Assembly (NCBI RefSeq): GCF_009914755.1
Contig: NC_060934.1
Reading direction: 5' to 3' (one strand)
DNA length: 64,000 nucleotides
Source: the human T2T-CHM13v2.0 reference genome, Homo sapiens
Shown here: positions 50,448-64,000 of the stretch, in pieces
How the letters are laid out: each line of letters starts with the position of its first letter
How positions within the stretch are numbered: the stretch's first letter is position 1
Position numbers and translations under genes: made by a program
Notes under the pieces: model-generated
Told to the model about the DNA's origin: nothing
Seen by the model: the letters and a program-made list of their open reading frames with translations, nothing else
Database searches by the model: none

Positions 50448-51025
50448 TCACATCAAGAAACGAACCACAACCCAGAAGGCAAAGGAGCAGAGGAGGCCAA
50501 GGCAAAATAAACGGGCCATAGAATAATGCCTCTTTTAGCTAAAACAGGACTGTCTTTCAAAAGATGAGCTCTCACTGAAATATGTGCCTGATACTCCTGA
50601 ATTTCCATAATGAGCACATCTAATCTTTCACTGTGCACATACTTGGGATGCAACTTACACTGTGCACATACTTGGGATGCATTGTAGCTTTTCTCTCTTT
50701 TTAAAAAATGGACTTAGTTTGTTAAGTCAGAGCTAATTTTAAATACATGTGGCCATTTTGCCTTTTGATATTGTAAGTGGATGGCTCCCGGGACAAGAAG
50801 GGCAGCAAGGCACTATCTGACCTTACTCTGAGATAACGCTCTCAAAACCTTGTCACTACTGATTCTCAAAAGCCTTGTCCTGGGGTCCAGGCGCTCCCTA
50901 CAATAAGCAAAGCAGACAAACAGCTATGCCCCAGAAGTGCTGAGAAAGTCTCCAGCTCAAAATGTCCCTCCTGAATTTGTCAGATTTTCCTTCAATTTCT
51001 TTAGCTCTAGTGTTATTGACCTTGA

Positions 51026-51332
<307 letters not shown>

Positions 51333-51558
51333 TAACACTTCTCACCCTTCACAAAGGCGAGTGCCCCTGGGTACCACTGAATGCACCATTTAAGCCACTG
51401 TATTTTAAAAATTCAGTGAGTTTTACATCTTTCCCTGCTGCAATGTTTTGATGGAGTATCACAGAAAGATGAATACCCTGAGGGAGAAAAGGAGGAGGCA
51501 GGGAAAAAGTGACATCTGTGAGAATTAGTACAGTTGAGTGGTTAAAACATCCATCACA

Positions 51559-51893
<335 letters not shown>

Positions 51894-52061
51894 CTAGCCT
51901 GGCTACTGTAACATCTGTGTGTTTTAGGGGTCATTGCATCTAACTCCATTAAGCGTTAGGTTCATTATTTATAGCATAGAAGAATGATAGTCCTAAGGTT
52001 GTAAGGCTCTGGAAAATGGGCATAATAATAGTAATAGTATGGTGAGAATTAAGTGAAATAT

Positions 52062-52606
52062 TTGGGGTAGTCAGAAGAATGTCCCTCAAAGATGCCCATG
52101 TCCTAAACCCAAGCATCTATAAATATGTTGCCTTATATGTCAAAAGGGACTTTGCAGATTGATTACTATTAAGGACCTTGAGGAGATGGCAAAGGGGAAC
52201 TAAGTTTACAGATGGAATTAAGGTTGCTAATCAGCTGATTTTAAACAAGATTATACTGGATTATCTGTGTGGACCCAGCGTAATCAGAAGTGTCCTTAAA
52301 AGTGGAAGACGGACGCAGAAGAGAGGCCAGTGTGATGTGAAGAACTGGACCTGCCGTTGGTGGCTTTGAAGATGAAGGAAGGGGCCATGAACCAAGGAAT
52401 GGGGGTGACCTCTAGAAGCTGGAAAAGGAAAGAAAATATTCCCCTTAGAGATTCCAGAAACGAACACAGCCCTGCCGACACCTTGATTTTAGCTTCATGA
52501 TAACTGTATCAAACTTCTGATCTACAGAACTATCAAATAAAATTGTGTTGTTTAAAGCCACTAACTTGATAGTAAATGATTACAGCAGCCATAGAAAACT
52601 AATGCA
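52062..52606 (+). mobile_element. MaLR LTR (MLT1D-like)
   Basis: aaaagggactttgcaga...gatggaattaaggttgctaatcagctga...ctagaagctggaaaagg...cagccctgccgacaccttgatttta. Confidence 0.85.
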
Positions 52607-52989
52607 GTATTAAAAATCATAATGACATGCTGGGTACATAACAAGTCATCAGTAATCACATGTTAATTATGCAGGATAAATAGGAAAAATACTGAATACT
52701 TCTAAAGAAAATTTAATCTTTCACAGTTTTGCCCAGAGCTGACCCTGTGGAGGTCCTCAAAGACCTGCTCTTAAAACCACATAGAAACTCACAGAGCTGG
52801 ATTTGGAAACTAAAATACTTCTTCTTAGTATTTATCATTTGGGATTGTCATGTCCAAGTTTACCCCTATTGTTGTTCTGCCTGAAAAGCACTTGAAAAAT
52901 GTGTTATAAAATGTATGTATGTATGTATGTATGTATCCACTCTAGTTCATAGAAAATTAGGTCTATTCCTGGGCTATAGTAATTCCAAA

Positions 52990-53530
52990 TGGATGTAACC
53001 CTATCTTATTCGTTGTCCTCATTCTAGTGCAGGCTCCCATTACCTCTCACAAGGATGATTTGAACAGCCTTCCAACCAGTATCATGAACATCGGTGGCTA
53101 CTGCCTTCCAATCCATCTTCCACACTGTGTCCATGGTGACTTTTAGAAAGAAAAATCTGGTTATGTCACCCCCCAACATAAAGCCTTCAATGTTTTCCCA
53201 TCACTTATAGGAGAAAGTCCCAAATTCTTCAGTGATTTTCAAAGGACTTTTCTGTTTGTTTCAAGCCCCTTTCTTTTCTAGCTCGAGATTTCACAGCCTG
53301 CCTACTTAAATTGGATGCTCTGAGCCACCAGGGTAACCCCATCATTCAAAACCATAAGTTGCACCCACCTGCCTCCTCACTTTTGCTCTGCAGTTTCCTC
53401 CTCCAGAATGTCTTTCTGTGACATCTTAGCAAGTCTGAGTCTTACCCAACATCGTCAAAAACCTTTACAGATCACCCCAGCTTGAAGCCGTCTCCCCTCT
53501 GAGTTCACAGAGCATGCCATACTGTTCATC
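52990..53530 (-). mobile_element. L2 remnant
   Basis: ccttccaatccatcttccacactg...tctggttatgtcacccc...aaagccttcaatgttttccc. Confidence 0.65.
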
Positions 53531-53664
53531 TGCTACCTTCTAGAACAGTGATTTTCAAACAAACCTTAGCTTCTCTATAAACATGTAAGCCTTGGAGGGG
53601 AAAAAAGAGTGGGAGGTGGGAGGAAACAACAGCTTACATTTTGATGAGTCCCACACAGTAGCTA

Positions 53665-53870
53665 GAATAGTGCCTTTCCTTACAGTAGCCACCACCACCT
53701 GTGACTGTGTATATTTAAGTCGGTTGAAATTTATCGAATTAAAAATTCCTGAGTCACACCAGCCACATTTGAAATGCTCAGAAGCCACGTGTGGTTAATA
53801 GATGCCATACGGGATAGCATAGACACAGAGCATTTCTATCATCACAGAAAGTTCTACCGGTCAGTGCTGA
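53665..53870. mobile_element. MER3 DNA transposon relic
   Basis: cacaccagccacatttgaaatgctcagaagccacgtgtgg...catttctatcatcacagaaagttcta. Confidence 0.75.
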
Positions 53871-54101
53871 TCTAGAACACAGAAAATGATCAGTAATATC
53901 TGAGGAGTTAAAAAACAAGAAAGGGAGAGAGGAAGATTAGGAGGGATGGAAGATCACTCTGATTTTCAAAGGGTGTCAGGAAAAATTGTCCAAGACTTGG
54001 AAATGAGCAAAAGAGATTATTGAGTGTCGTTCCAGCAAAGGGTTGGCAAAACCCTCCAGGAATTCTCTGGTTCTATAGGGCTGTGCACCTTTGACTGACA
54101 C

Positions 54102-54405
54102 TTTTTTTTTTCTTTTTCTTTTTTGTGATGGAGGCTCACTCTGTTGCCAGGCTGGACCACAGTGGCACCATCTCGGCTCGCTGCAACCTCCGCCTCCTGG
54201 GTTCAAACGATTCTCCTACGTCAGCCTCCTGAGTAGCTGGGACTACAGGCGAACTACAGGCACGCGCCACCATGGCCAGCTAATTTTTGTATTTTTAGTA
54301 GAGATGGGGTTTCACCATGTTGGCCAGGATGGTCTCGATCTTGTGATCTGCCCACCTCAGCCTCCCAAAGTGCTGGGATTATAGGCGTGAGCCACCATGC
54401 CCAGC
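54102..54405 (-). mobile_element. AluSc-like with a small internal duplication (actacaggc x2)
   Basis: TSD ttgactgac. Confidence 0.93.
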
Positions 54406-54831
54406 TTGACTGACTTTTTATTATCTAGGCAATTTTCCAGCTCTGTAAAGGAGGAAGTTAACATGCAGAAAGCTGATAGAAATGCAAATAATTCTTGCCT
54501 GCAGTGATGCAAATAAACTTTGTTCTATTAGAGAAACCATTCATTTCATCTTGTTATAAAAGATAATCTCAAATATTACGTTTCATTGCCCCATAAGATA
54601 TTAACACATTTTATATCTATTAGTAAATTTATTTCAGTATTCTTAGCTGACTAGATCTCTGTTCTTCAAAGTCTCTTTGAATATATCTTAGAATCTTACT
54701 AATTCTTTCATTGATTGAGTTGGATAAAATCTCAAACATCTTAATTTTTATATATGCATGAGATGTATGTTTTTAACATTTAAAAAATTATACCTTAGGT
54801 ATTTTGGAGGCTGCAGTAAGATACCCAAGTG

Positions 54832-55129
54832 GGCCAGGTGTGGTGGCTCACACCTGTAATCCCAGCACTTTGAGAGGCCAAGGTGAGTGGATCACGAGGT
54901 CAGGAGTTGAAGACCAGCCTGGACAAGATGGTGAAACCCCGTCTCTACTAAAAATATAAAAATTAGCCTGGTGAGGTGGTGCACGCCTGTAATCCCAGGT
55001 ACTCAGGAGGCTGAGGCAGAGAATTGCTTGAACCCAGGAGGCGGAGGTTGCAGCAGTGAGCTGAGATCGCGCTACTGCACTCTACCCTGAGTGACAGAGC
55101 AAGACTCCATCTCCAAAAAAAAAAAAAAA
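54832..55129 (+). mobile_element. AluS
   Basis: Full dimer with an A tail. Confidence 0.94.
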
Positions 55130-55484
55130 TCTCACGTGGACTCACCTAGAAGCCTGATTAAAATGCCTTGCCTGAGTAGTACACTTCACGGGCTTTGCAA
55201 GCCCAGGTCTGCCTTTTCTTGGCTCCCAGATGGAATATTAAAAAGCAATAGAGTTTTAACTTTTCTGACTCTCTGATTCTTTAGGTTATTTTATCCTCTC
55301 TATTATTTTGGGGGTTTTGTGCATGTATTTGTTTTTGATTCTTGTTCATACTAAGCCACTAAGCCATTCAACATTATTTGCAAAAATGGGATTTAGTTTT
55401 ATGGTCTGTTTTGGTGATCCTTGTCAGATGAATGATGGAGAAGAATGAGAGTCATGTTTTTAACTTTTTAAAAATTATACTTTA

Positions 55485-55809
55485 GGCCAGGTGCAGCGGC
55501 TCATGCCTGTAATCCCACTGCTTTGGGAGGCTAAGGCAGGAGGATTGCTTGAGGCCAGGCATTTGGGACCAGCCTGGGCAACAAAGCAAGGACCCTATCT
55601 TTACAAAAAAAAACAAAACAAACAAACAAAAAAACATGAAAATTAGCCAGGTATGGTGGCGTATGCCTGTAGTACTAGCTACTCAGGAGGCTGAGATGGG
55701 AGAAACACTTGAGCCCAGGAGGTCAAGGCTGCAGTGAGCTGAGATCACACCACTGCACAGCAGCCTGGGTGACAGAGCAAGATCCTGTGTCTACCAAAAA
55801 AAAAAAAAA
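55485..55809 (+). mobile_element. AluJ
   Basis: TSD aaaaatta(t/c)actttag. Confidence 0.93.
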
Positions 55810-56279
55810 TTACACTTTAGCAGGGCAAAGCGAGTGACAAATGAGAAGCTCCTTTGCCAAAAGTCCCTTTTAAGATACTGGTCCCCATACACCTAAGCAA
55901 AGAGAATTTAGAGGAGGCTTTGGAAAGAAGAAAATTGCCAAATCTATAATCAAAAGTTCTCCAAGACAGTGAAAATTGACAGGATAACAGACAAAAGTAA
56001 TATAAAGGTGAAAATGTGCTTTGTAGTCCCCGAATATGTAAAAATAAAGGATATAATAAAGGCGGGGCAAGAAGCAGAGACTTTTTGAGTTTGTTTTCTG
56101 GGTTGAGATATTAAGAAGAAGAAAAAGTCTTTAAACAGCATCCCATGTGGTCAAGGTAGAAGTTTGTTACTTTTATATTATACTTTGAAATATTAAAAGA
56201 GGAAATAAAGAATGAGAAAGTCAGTACAGCCAGGACAAAATTTTTTTTATGAATATAAAAAATAAGAATAAAATTAATG

Positions 56280-57021
56280 ATATCAAAGAAAAAATACCTT
56301 TACCCTCTTGGGTTCAGTACCTGGTAGCCTGCAAATTATAGTAACAAAAGATTGATTAACAGGAGAAAAACACAATTTGTATGAATATCTATTGGTGTTC
56401 ACAGAAAGGAAGTAAAATTCAAAGAAGCAGTTAGACTTGGGCTTTTATGCCCTTTTAACAAAGGAAATGTGGTTAGGGCTTCAAGGAACAACAAATTGTG
56501 GGGAATTTATTTAGGAGAAAATGTATTGGGAAGAGATGTCCAATCTTTTGGCTTGCCTGGGCCACACTGGAAGAAAAAGAATTTGTCTTGGGCCACACAT
56601 AAAATACACTAACACAAATGATAACCGATGAGCTAAAAAAAAATTGCCAAAAAAAACTCATATTTTAAGAAAGTTTACAAATTTGTGTTGGGCCACATTC
56701 AAGACCATCCTGGGCCACATGCAGCCCATGGGCAGTGGGTTGAACAAGGTTGATATAGTGGAACTGTTGGAAAATAAGAGTTATTTCAGTAAGATCGGTT
56801 TACAGACTTGTCTCAGTGTCAACGCCCAGTCTCCAACGATAAGAATTTTTCCTCTTTCTGGCGAGGGTGGAGGGAACACCCTCACAAAGGGAAATTTGTC
56901 AGCTACTTTTAGGTAGATAGATAACTCTTCCTGCATCTGTTGATTCTCAGTAGCCTTCAGCTCTAAATCATCTTTATGCCAAAATGGCATATGTTAGAGT
57001 GACATATTCTGATCCCCTTCA
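56280..57021 (-). mobile_element. MER34-group ERV1 LTR interrupted by MER30
   Basis: The reverse strand starts TGAAGGGGATCAGAATATGTCAC...TATGCCATTTTGGCATA. Confidence 0.7.
56532..56755 (+). mobile_element. MER30 (hAT MITE)
   Basis: tgtccaatcttttggcttgcctgggccacactggaaga...ttgggccacattcaag. Confidence 0.85.
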
Positions 57022-57084
57022 ATGACTTTCTACAACTGTATTAGGTTTTGATGTGTGAAGATCAGCAAAAATTGAAGAAAGCAC

Positions 57085-57320
57085 TTATTCATTCATTTAT
57101 TAATTCCTTCAATGAACATTTATTGAATACTAACAGTGTGCCAGGCACCTGGCCAGGAGCTCAAAATAGAGACATTCTTTGCTCTCAAAGGCATTCAAGC
57201 TGGTAGGGGTCAGATATGGAAGTTAAGTAAAATACAGTGCCAAGTGGCTGTGATATAAGTATGTGCATGATACAAAAGGAACACAATAGCATAAATTGTC
57301 TATTTCATCTGAGAAAAAAA
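57085..57320. mobile_element. L2 3' end
   Basis: ttcattcattt...aacatttattgaatactaacagtgtgccaggcac. Confidence 0.7.
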
Positions 57321-60231
57321 ATACTGAAAACATGAATGTTGCAGTTACTTTCCAGGGCTTCTGATCAACTCTGAGTGCAATCAGAAGTCAGAGTCACTTG
57401 TGACTCAGCAGTGATTACTGTCAAACAGCAGACTTAGCTAGCAAATTTGTGTTTACTGGGAGCTATGTTCAATAAACAATTCATCTGGAGGCATTACTTT
57501 AGTTGAAAACATATGTTTTTAAAAGTTTTACCCGTTGCTTATTTTCTTCAAAAGAAAAGTAAACCAATGAAACAATAGTAATTATAGCTACATCCAGCAA
57601 TATATCACTGTAAGTATATAATATATATTTTAAATTATATATATATTTTTAAATTATGTATATCATACAATTATTTTATATAAATATATTTTTTCATTTA
57701 TATATATATATATAATTTGGGGTCTTGGGCTGATTTAGTGGTATCTCCAATCTACTTCAGACTGTCTTTTGCACTAACACACACCAAATACCTGTGTCTG
57801 ACTTACTTTTAACCTAGTCTGGGAGCCTTTTGTTGAAATGCTTTGGATGGAATTTTATGTAGTGACATCTGTTCACTGTGAGAAAATGCATTAGCTGGAA
57901 TTGTTTAGTTATTTCTATGCCTCCAGTCAATCTTTTTCTTAGAAGTTATCCTATAGCTTACATGCAACTTCTCACCAGAGCTCAAACTTATGCAATAGGC
58001 TTTTCTCAACTAGCTAAACAGATCTAATATCCATGGCCGCTGTCCTAACTGCTTGATGTCTTTCTATATACCTATTATAATCCAATCTCAAGTCGATTAC
58101 AAATAAATTTTACCCTTTCTTAAGCTATCAATCATAGGCAGGAACTCTGTGAATTAAATTAGTTGCCCTGAGCAACACTGGTGTGTTGCATATTTCGAGG
58201 AAATCAGCATGGTTCCTTGAAGTAAACAGGGGTAATTTTCCATTCCTTTTTAGAAGACTTTGTGCCAGTAGAAAAAATCAAACCTCAGTGTGACAATAAT
58301 ACAAATGTGCCGATCTCCAACCACTATCTAATTCAACTGCTGCTAGAGCCAGAAGAAAGGTTCTTTTGTGTGGAAATTCATTCTGTGATTTGGGGCAGTC
58401 TGCAGCATATGGGGGCAACAGAAAAACACACAATCGAGATGGTTGTGCAGGTGGTCCTGTTAGGACATGACAGCTGTAAGTGGCCATTTATTCTGAAAGT
58501 CAAGCTGCTTACTTCAGTTTGCAGAAAACATATCAATTATTTTAAATTACTTTTCAAAAATCTTATCTCTGACTTCATCTTTCTCTGTTGTAAAAGCTGA
58601 GTTCATGTTACCTGGTACATGTTGTGAAGAGGATTTCCAGAATGCACTTGTGTCTGGGGCCATTTTGTTTTCCCCTGGATCTTTCTGTCAGTTTGTTGTG
58701 TGATTGCGAGCGTCTAATTCACTCTCCCACCCCGCTGGCCATTTTACAGAGAAGGAAACAGAGGGCCCCAGAACAGTGGCCTCAAGGCCCTCCAGCTGTT
58801 CAGACAGGATCCAAGGCTTCTAATTACAAATCCCACTTGAAGTGGGACTAAGTATTCCTTCTAGAGATTTTTGTTTAATCAATTGTACACAGAAACGTCT
58901 TGCTACAATACAATAGTTCTAATCATGTCCCTTGAAACCTAAATGTATGTGTATTATGTGGCTTATACTTGGAACCACTGTTTCTTTCTTTTCTCTCGGT
59001 TCTCCACCGCTTGTGAGCCATGAGGATCTGTGAATCCTGCCTGCCTTCCACCCTTCTTTCAAAAGTCCTCCCATTCCTTCCAATACCAGATTTTTAGCCT
59101 GTTCACCTTCTGCCTCAACTATTTTCATGGCTACTGAATTACAGCTGCCTCTAGCTTCTCCCTCACCCAACCAGTTCCTCCCACACAGTGTCAGCAAAAA
59201 GTAGTCTGACCGTGCTCCAAACTGAGAAATGGCTCCCTCAACCTAAAACTGGAGCTCACGGACCTTGAGGTATTTGGGGATGTCTTCTCAGGGCTCTGTG
59301 AATTTCTGTATATGTTTAACAACGTTTATGTCATCATTTTGATGGGAACGTGTAAAATATAAATATGGAATGATTAGTGTGCATGGACGATTTCAGCATT
59401 CACATTTGTTTTTTGTGTCGTCTCCCATAGAGCAAATTTTTAAAAACCTAATTCACTTTTTTCTTAAATTTGTGTTTAGAGCCATAAGGACCTTGAGATA
59501 GAGTGAAACAATGGAGCAAGCTTTGGAGGGGCTGTTTGGACAGGACATGGCTATGTTCAGAATTGAGCCATATTTTACAGATTTCTGTAAAGACTGAACA
59601 TAATTATGCCCAGTGGTAGGTGATTTTCAAAAATAGTTTCCAACGCCAAAAATCTCAATCAGTTGGATGTCAGTTCTATGTGCACTGCAAAATACAACAT
59701 GGATCTATTTGCTTTACCCCGTGAGTTGGTTCTTTGGTTTTCTGATGGTTCCATAAGGCTGGGAGTTTGTCAAGAGCATTGTGACTGATGCTTTAGAGCT
59801 CGAGAGCATTATTAAATATTTCCCCGTGCTGCTCCCCAGTCCTTCCTCCCACTCTTGTTATCTGTTCTCAGAGTCTGGTGACTAAGGTTTCTGAATTATA
59901 AGGTACACTTTTCAGCTGAACAGTCGTCCTCCCCCATTTTCTGGCTCCTTGGGGCTGTGTTTCAGCTCCGGATCACCAAGTTTCTTCTCTCATATCCTTC
60001 TGGTTTTAGGATAGCTGATATTTGCATCATGTCTTCTCCGAAGCCGCTTAGATCTCAGCTGAAAGTAGAGGGTGGAGATAGGAAGATGGGAAGCACGTTC
60101 TGGATCTTTGAGGGGCTGTATAGATTTGTTTATCTTTTCAGCTTGGGTACCCTTCTCATTTGTTACTTCTAGCCTTCTTGCCCCTCTACTTTGTTTGTGT
60201 TCCTATTCTTTCTCCTCCTTCCCTCCATTGC

Positions 60232-60384
60232 TCTTTCTCAGTCTGTGTCTCTGTCTCTCTGTCTCTCTGTCCTTCTATGCCTCTGTCCCTCTTTGTCTTT
60301 CTCTCTATGTATCTGTCTTTGTTTCTCTCTGTCTCTCTGTATCTGTCTCTCTGTCTCTCTCTGTCTCTGTCTGTCTCTGTCTTG

Positions 60385-60417
<33 letters not shown>

Positions 60418-60428
60418 GCTTCTCTCAC
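60232..60428. repeat. (TC)/(TGTC) pyrimidine-rich microsatellite
   Basis: Directly visible. It is the source of the spurious S/L/C and R/E/D ORFs. Confidence 0.97.
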
Positions 60429-60954
60429 TCCCAGGTCATGTCTGACAAATCACATAGATTTCTTTTGACTCCCAATTTCTGTCCTACATAACAACACTTT
60501 AAAAAAGTAACAGAAATTATGAAACCCATGAAATATGTCAGGTGTTCTGCTATTAACTTTTACACTCTGTATTTCATGAGACTTTTAAGCAAGCCAGCCC
60601 TGTCATTCAGGCAAGAGAGAGAATTTCCTGGCTCCTGTCAGTAGATGAACTCCACTTCTCTCCAAAAGCTAGTGCCATTGGTATTTCACACCCTAGGATT
60701 TCAGCCAGGAGAGAAAGATGAACTGTATTCATTCTAGTTCATGTACAAAATACTACCTGCCTTTGTCTCATGAAGCTTTTTGGCCTCACCTGGGCCAGGT
60801 GTCCCCCGCTGGGACTAGTCAACTGGGACCAGAGAGAGGAACATGTTTTATTAATATAGTAACTCCCATTTGGATCCAGGGATGGACAGGGAGAGGCAGG
60901 CAGGGAGGAATGGGTACCCGGAAGATCATCTTAGGTATCCATTTCATATATATG

Positions 60955-61649
60955 TGACAGCATTTGGCACTCTCAGCAACAGCTGAGGTCGACATTACTA
61001 TTTCCACTTTACAAATAAGGAGAGACTCTTGGAGAAGTTAAACCACACAGATGATAAGTGGTTGGTCAGATTGATTTCCAAATCAAAATGTATCACGCGT
61101 CCCACAATGACATGACACAATATTTCGATGAAGATCAACACTGGGTTGCTTTAGTAAAATAAAGGAATTCTTAACCAATTGTTATCTAATATTACACAGT
61201 GGATGTCACTAAAAAGTCATCACTTAATTGTTGGTTTCTTTTATAAATCCAAATAATGTGATGTTAGAGATACAAGGGACCTTGAGACATGATCTTCTGT
61301 AGCCCCAAACCCAATCAGAATCTCGACTACCTTCACTGTCTGCATAAGCACCTTTACATCCTATACTCTAATCTCTCAGTTCTTGGACCACCTGAATTCT
61401 GATCCTTCCTCATTCTCTCACTTCTTACTCTCGTCTGCATACCCCAGATATATCACTCAAACTGGACATCCAAATGTCACATTCTCTGACGACACCTTGT
61501 CTCTCTGTCTCTGTGTCTCTGTCTCTGTCTCAATCTGACCAACCATTTATCATCTGTGTGGCTTAACTTCTCCAAGAGTCTCTCCTTGTTTGTAAAGTGG
61601 AAATAGTAATGTTGACCCCAACTGTTGCTGAGAGTACCAAATGCTGTCA
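60955..61649. repeat. 120-bp inverted repeat (arms 60955-61074 and 61530-61649; 113/120 identical), MIR-derived
   Basis: Hand alignment of arm 1 with the reverse complement of arm 2 gives 7 transitions and no gaps. Confidence 0.95.
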
Positions 61650-62619
61650 TCCTCATTCCAGCTTTCTCAGGTTGTCCTACTACCTGCCATTGTCTCATTG
61701 AGATATCTGATCCCTTAACACTCCGTCTCCAACTTCCACCCTTGCTGTGATCTCCCCCACTCCTCCCATGCCCCCCTATTCAGCCAAAAATGAATGTTTC
61801 TTCGTGTCGGTTGCTCTCTGTCCATTTCTTCCCCGTCTTGCCTCCTCGGTCTTCAAATCATGTTTGTGCAGCAAATCTCCAACCTTGAACCAACTAAATT
61901 GTTTTTACTTTCTACCTATTGCTACTCTCTGGAAAACAAACAAACAAAACCACCAAAACAAAGCAAAACAAAAACCTCACAAAAGCAGATTGCTACCACT
62001 AAGCGTTAACACTTGGGATCTCATTCTCCCACCCTTGCAGTGGTTAGTTCCAGACTTCACTGCTTTTTGCAGACTTCCTACCCCATAGAATTCTCCTCAC
62101 TCTCAACAAGGTTGCGCATTCTACTACAGAGGGAAAACTGAAGCCTTTATATGACAGTTCTCTTATGTTCCAACATGAAAACCTTATACATTCATCTTCT
62201 TTCTCTAGGTCTGGGAGTCATTTCCCATCCTTTTCAGACAGCATCGTCTATGAATTTTCTTCTTCCTGTTTGTGATCTTCCACTTTTTCCTATTCAATAG
62301 CTCTTTTCTGTTGAAATGTTTAAAATATGCACTTCTGCTCACCAAAAGAAAACAAAAAAGCCTGCCTCTCTTTTGTAGGCTGTTTATGATCTCTCACCAG
62401 TGGAATATGAACTCCTCAAAGAAAAAGATGATCTTTCCCCACTATAGTTCCTGGCTCTTCATAGAAGTAATTATTAATAAATATTTGATAAAATGAATGA
62501 ATACACCAGTTCAAATGCCTTGTTTGATTGATAGATAAGGAAACTGAGGCCAGGTTGATGTGATGACCAACCGGGTTTTATTGGACATTTGTAAATGATA
62601 AGTGTTTTCCCAACATTTG

Positions 62620-62922
<303 letters not shown>

Positions 62923-63809
62923 CCCAATACTTGATTTAGTCAACTGATACAAGTAAAGCTATACAAATATAACACATATCATGATTTGCACTTTGTTTGG
63001 GATGCTTCTGAGATGCATTCTTGGAGTTATTAAGAATAACTTTGCCAGTGGATATGGTGAGATGACTTTGGATTTAATAGAGGAAAGAAAATTCCTCACA
63101 AGGAATGGCTCTTTGGGAAAGATTGTTGTCAACACAGCAGCAAGAACCTTTTAAAACTGACGACAGATTATGACACTCCCATGCTCAAAACCCTTCAACG
63201 CTGCCCATTTCCTGCGAAATAAAAATGCAAGCCCTGACCATCACATCCAGGACTCTTCAAGATCTGACCTTCCTTCCAAGCCCAATCTTCCCATTTCTTA
63301 TGTCCTCCCTAACTCACCAAGCTTGCTCCCCGCAGGGTGTCTACTCGTGTTGTCTTTTCCTGGAAAGCTTATCCCTAGAGAGCCACACCACTCACTCCCT
63401 TTCTCACCTTTGCTCAGACACCTCCTTCTCAGTGAACTTGAGGAAGCTCCATGTCAGTCACTGAAACTTAAAGAATATTTTCTCTGCTTATAGAAAATAA
63501 TCATTGTGCACACTTTCCTGTGGTGTTGGAGCAGGAATGGCAGCCACCAAGGACCTATGAAAATGTCAAGGCAGAAGTGTTGGCTTAGAATGGCTCCACC
63601 TCCCCCATCTACTTCCTCGTGCCCCCTTTCCTGATCCCAGAAGATGCCTGTGAGCTGGTGTGTGGATGTTTCCCTGGGTCAGGGCAAAGCCTCACGGGTC
63701 TGCCACATCTGAAAATGCCTGTTCGTTCTGTTCTCTTCCCATCCCTACCCTCCGTCATAACCTCCTTTTCCTCAGAGCAAACTAAGTTGTTGAGTTAATA
63801 AATCTGACA

Positions 63810-64000
63810 CTCCAGCCTGGGCAACATAACAAGACCCCATCTCTACAAGGAAAATTTTTAAAAATTAGCCAGACATGGTAGCATGCACCTGTAGTCCCAG
63901 CTACTCAGGAGGCTGAGGCAGGAGGCTGGCTTGAGCCCAGGAGTTAGAGGTTACAGAGAGCTATGATTGTTCTACTGCACTCTAGCCTGAGTGACAGAGT
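63810..64000 (+). mobile_element. AluJ, partial, running off the right edge
   Basis: ccagcctgggcaacata...ttgagcccaggagttagagg. Confidence 0.9.

Noticed and set aside
50629-50681. Possible tandem metal-response elements (TGCAC cores) relevant to a zinc transporter
   Set aside because: Neither strand matches TGCRCNC (they read TGCACAT and TGCACAG).
60072-60491. Hydrophobic and R/E/D-rich ORFs
   Set aside because: These are translations of the (TC/TGTC) microsatellite.

Overview
This is primate, almost certainly human, genomic DNA that is strongly repeat-rich. The only host-gene coding sequence is the terminal exon of SLC39A12 (zinc transporter ZIP12) on the + strand. Its acceptor AG is at 20021-20022, its CDS is 20023-20151 ([42 protein letters not shown], too short for the ORF track), and its AATAAA is at 20586-20591. 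Bases 1-20022 are therefore the last intron and about 20.6-64 kb is downstream intergenic DNA (from recalled human gene order, towards CACNB2 on 10p12). The intron holds a full-length L1PA2/PA3-type LINE-1 antisense to the gene (8015-14081). That L1 has a TSD, a nonsense codon in ORF1 (R49*) and a 4-bp frameshift in ORF2 that leaves an intact 1177-aa RT-containing frame joined by a TAATG stop/start overlap. The rest is Alu, old L1, MIR, L2, MaLR/ERV1 LTR and DNA-transposon relics, including several nested stacks. Nearly all short ORFs in the track are repeat artefacts. I see no new gene system. The leads most worth testing are: the L1 gene-breaking/antisense-promoter geometry with an in-frame candidate splice donor to the ZIP12 last exon; the UAAUG-coupled EN-truncated ORF2; a 120-bp, 94%-identical inverted templated insertion at 61 kb; a twin-primed L1 inside a four-element nest; and a motif-dense unique island at 37 kb. 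Repeat subfamily names come from recalled consensus sequences, and boundaries of old repeats are approximate.
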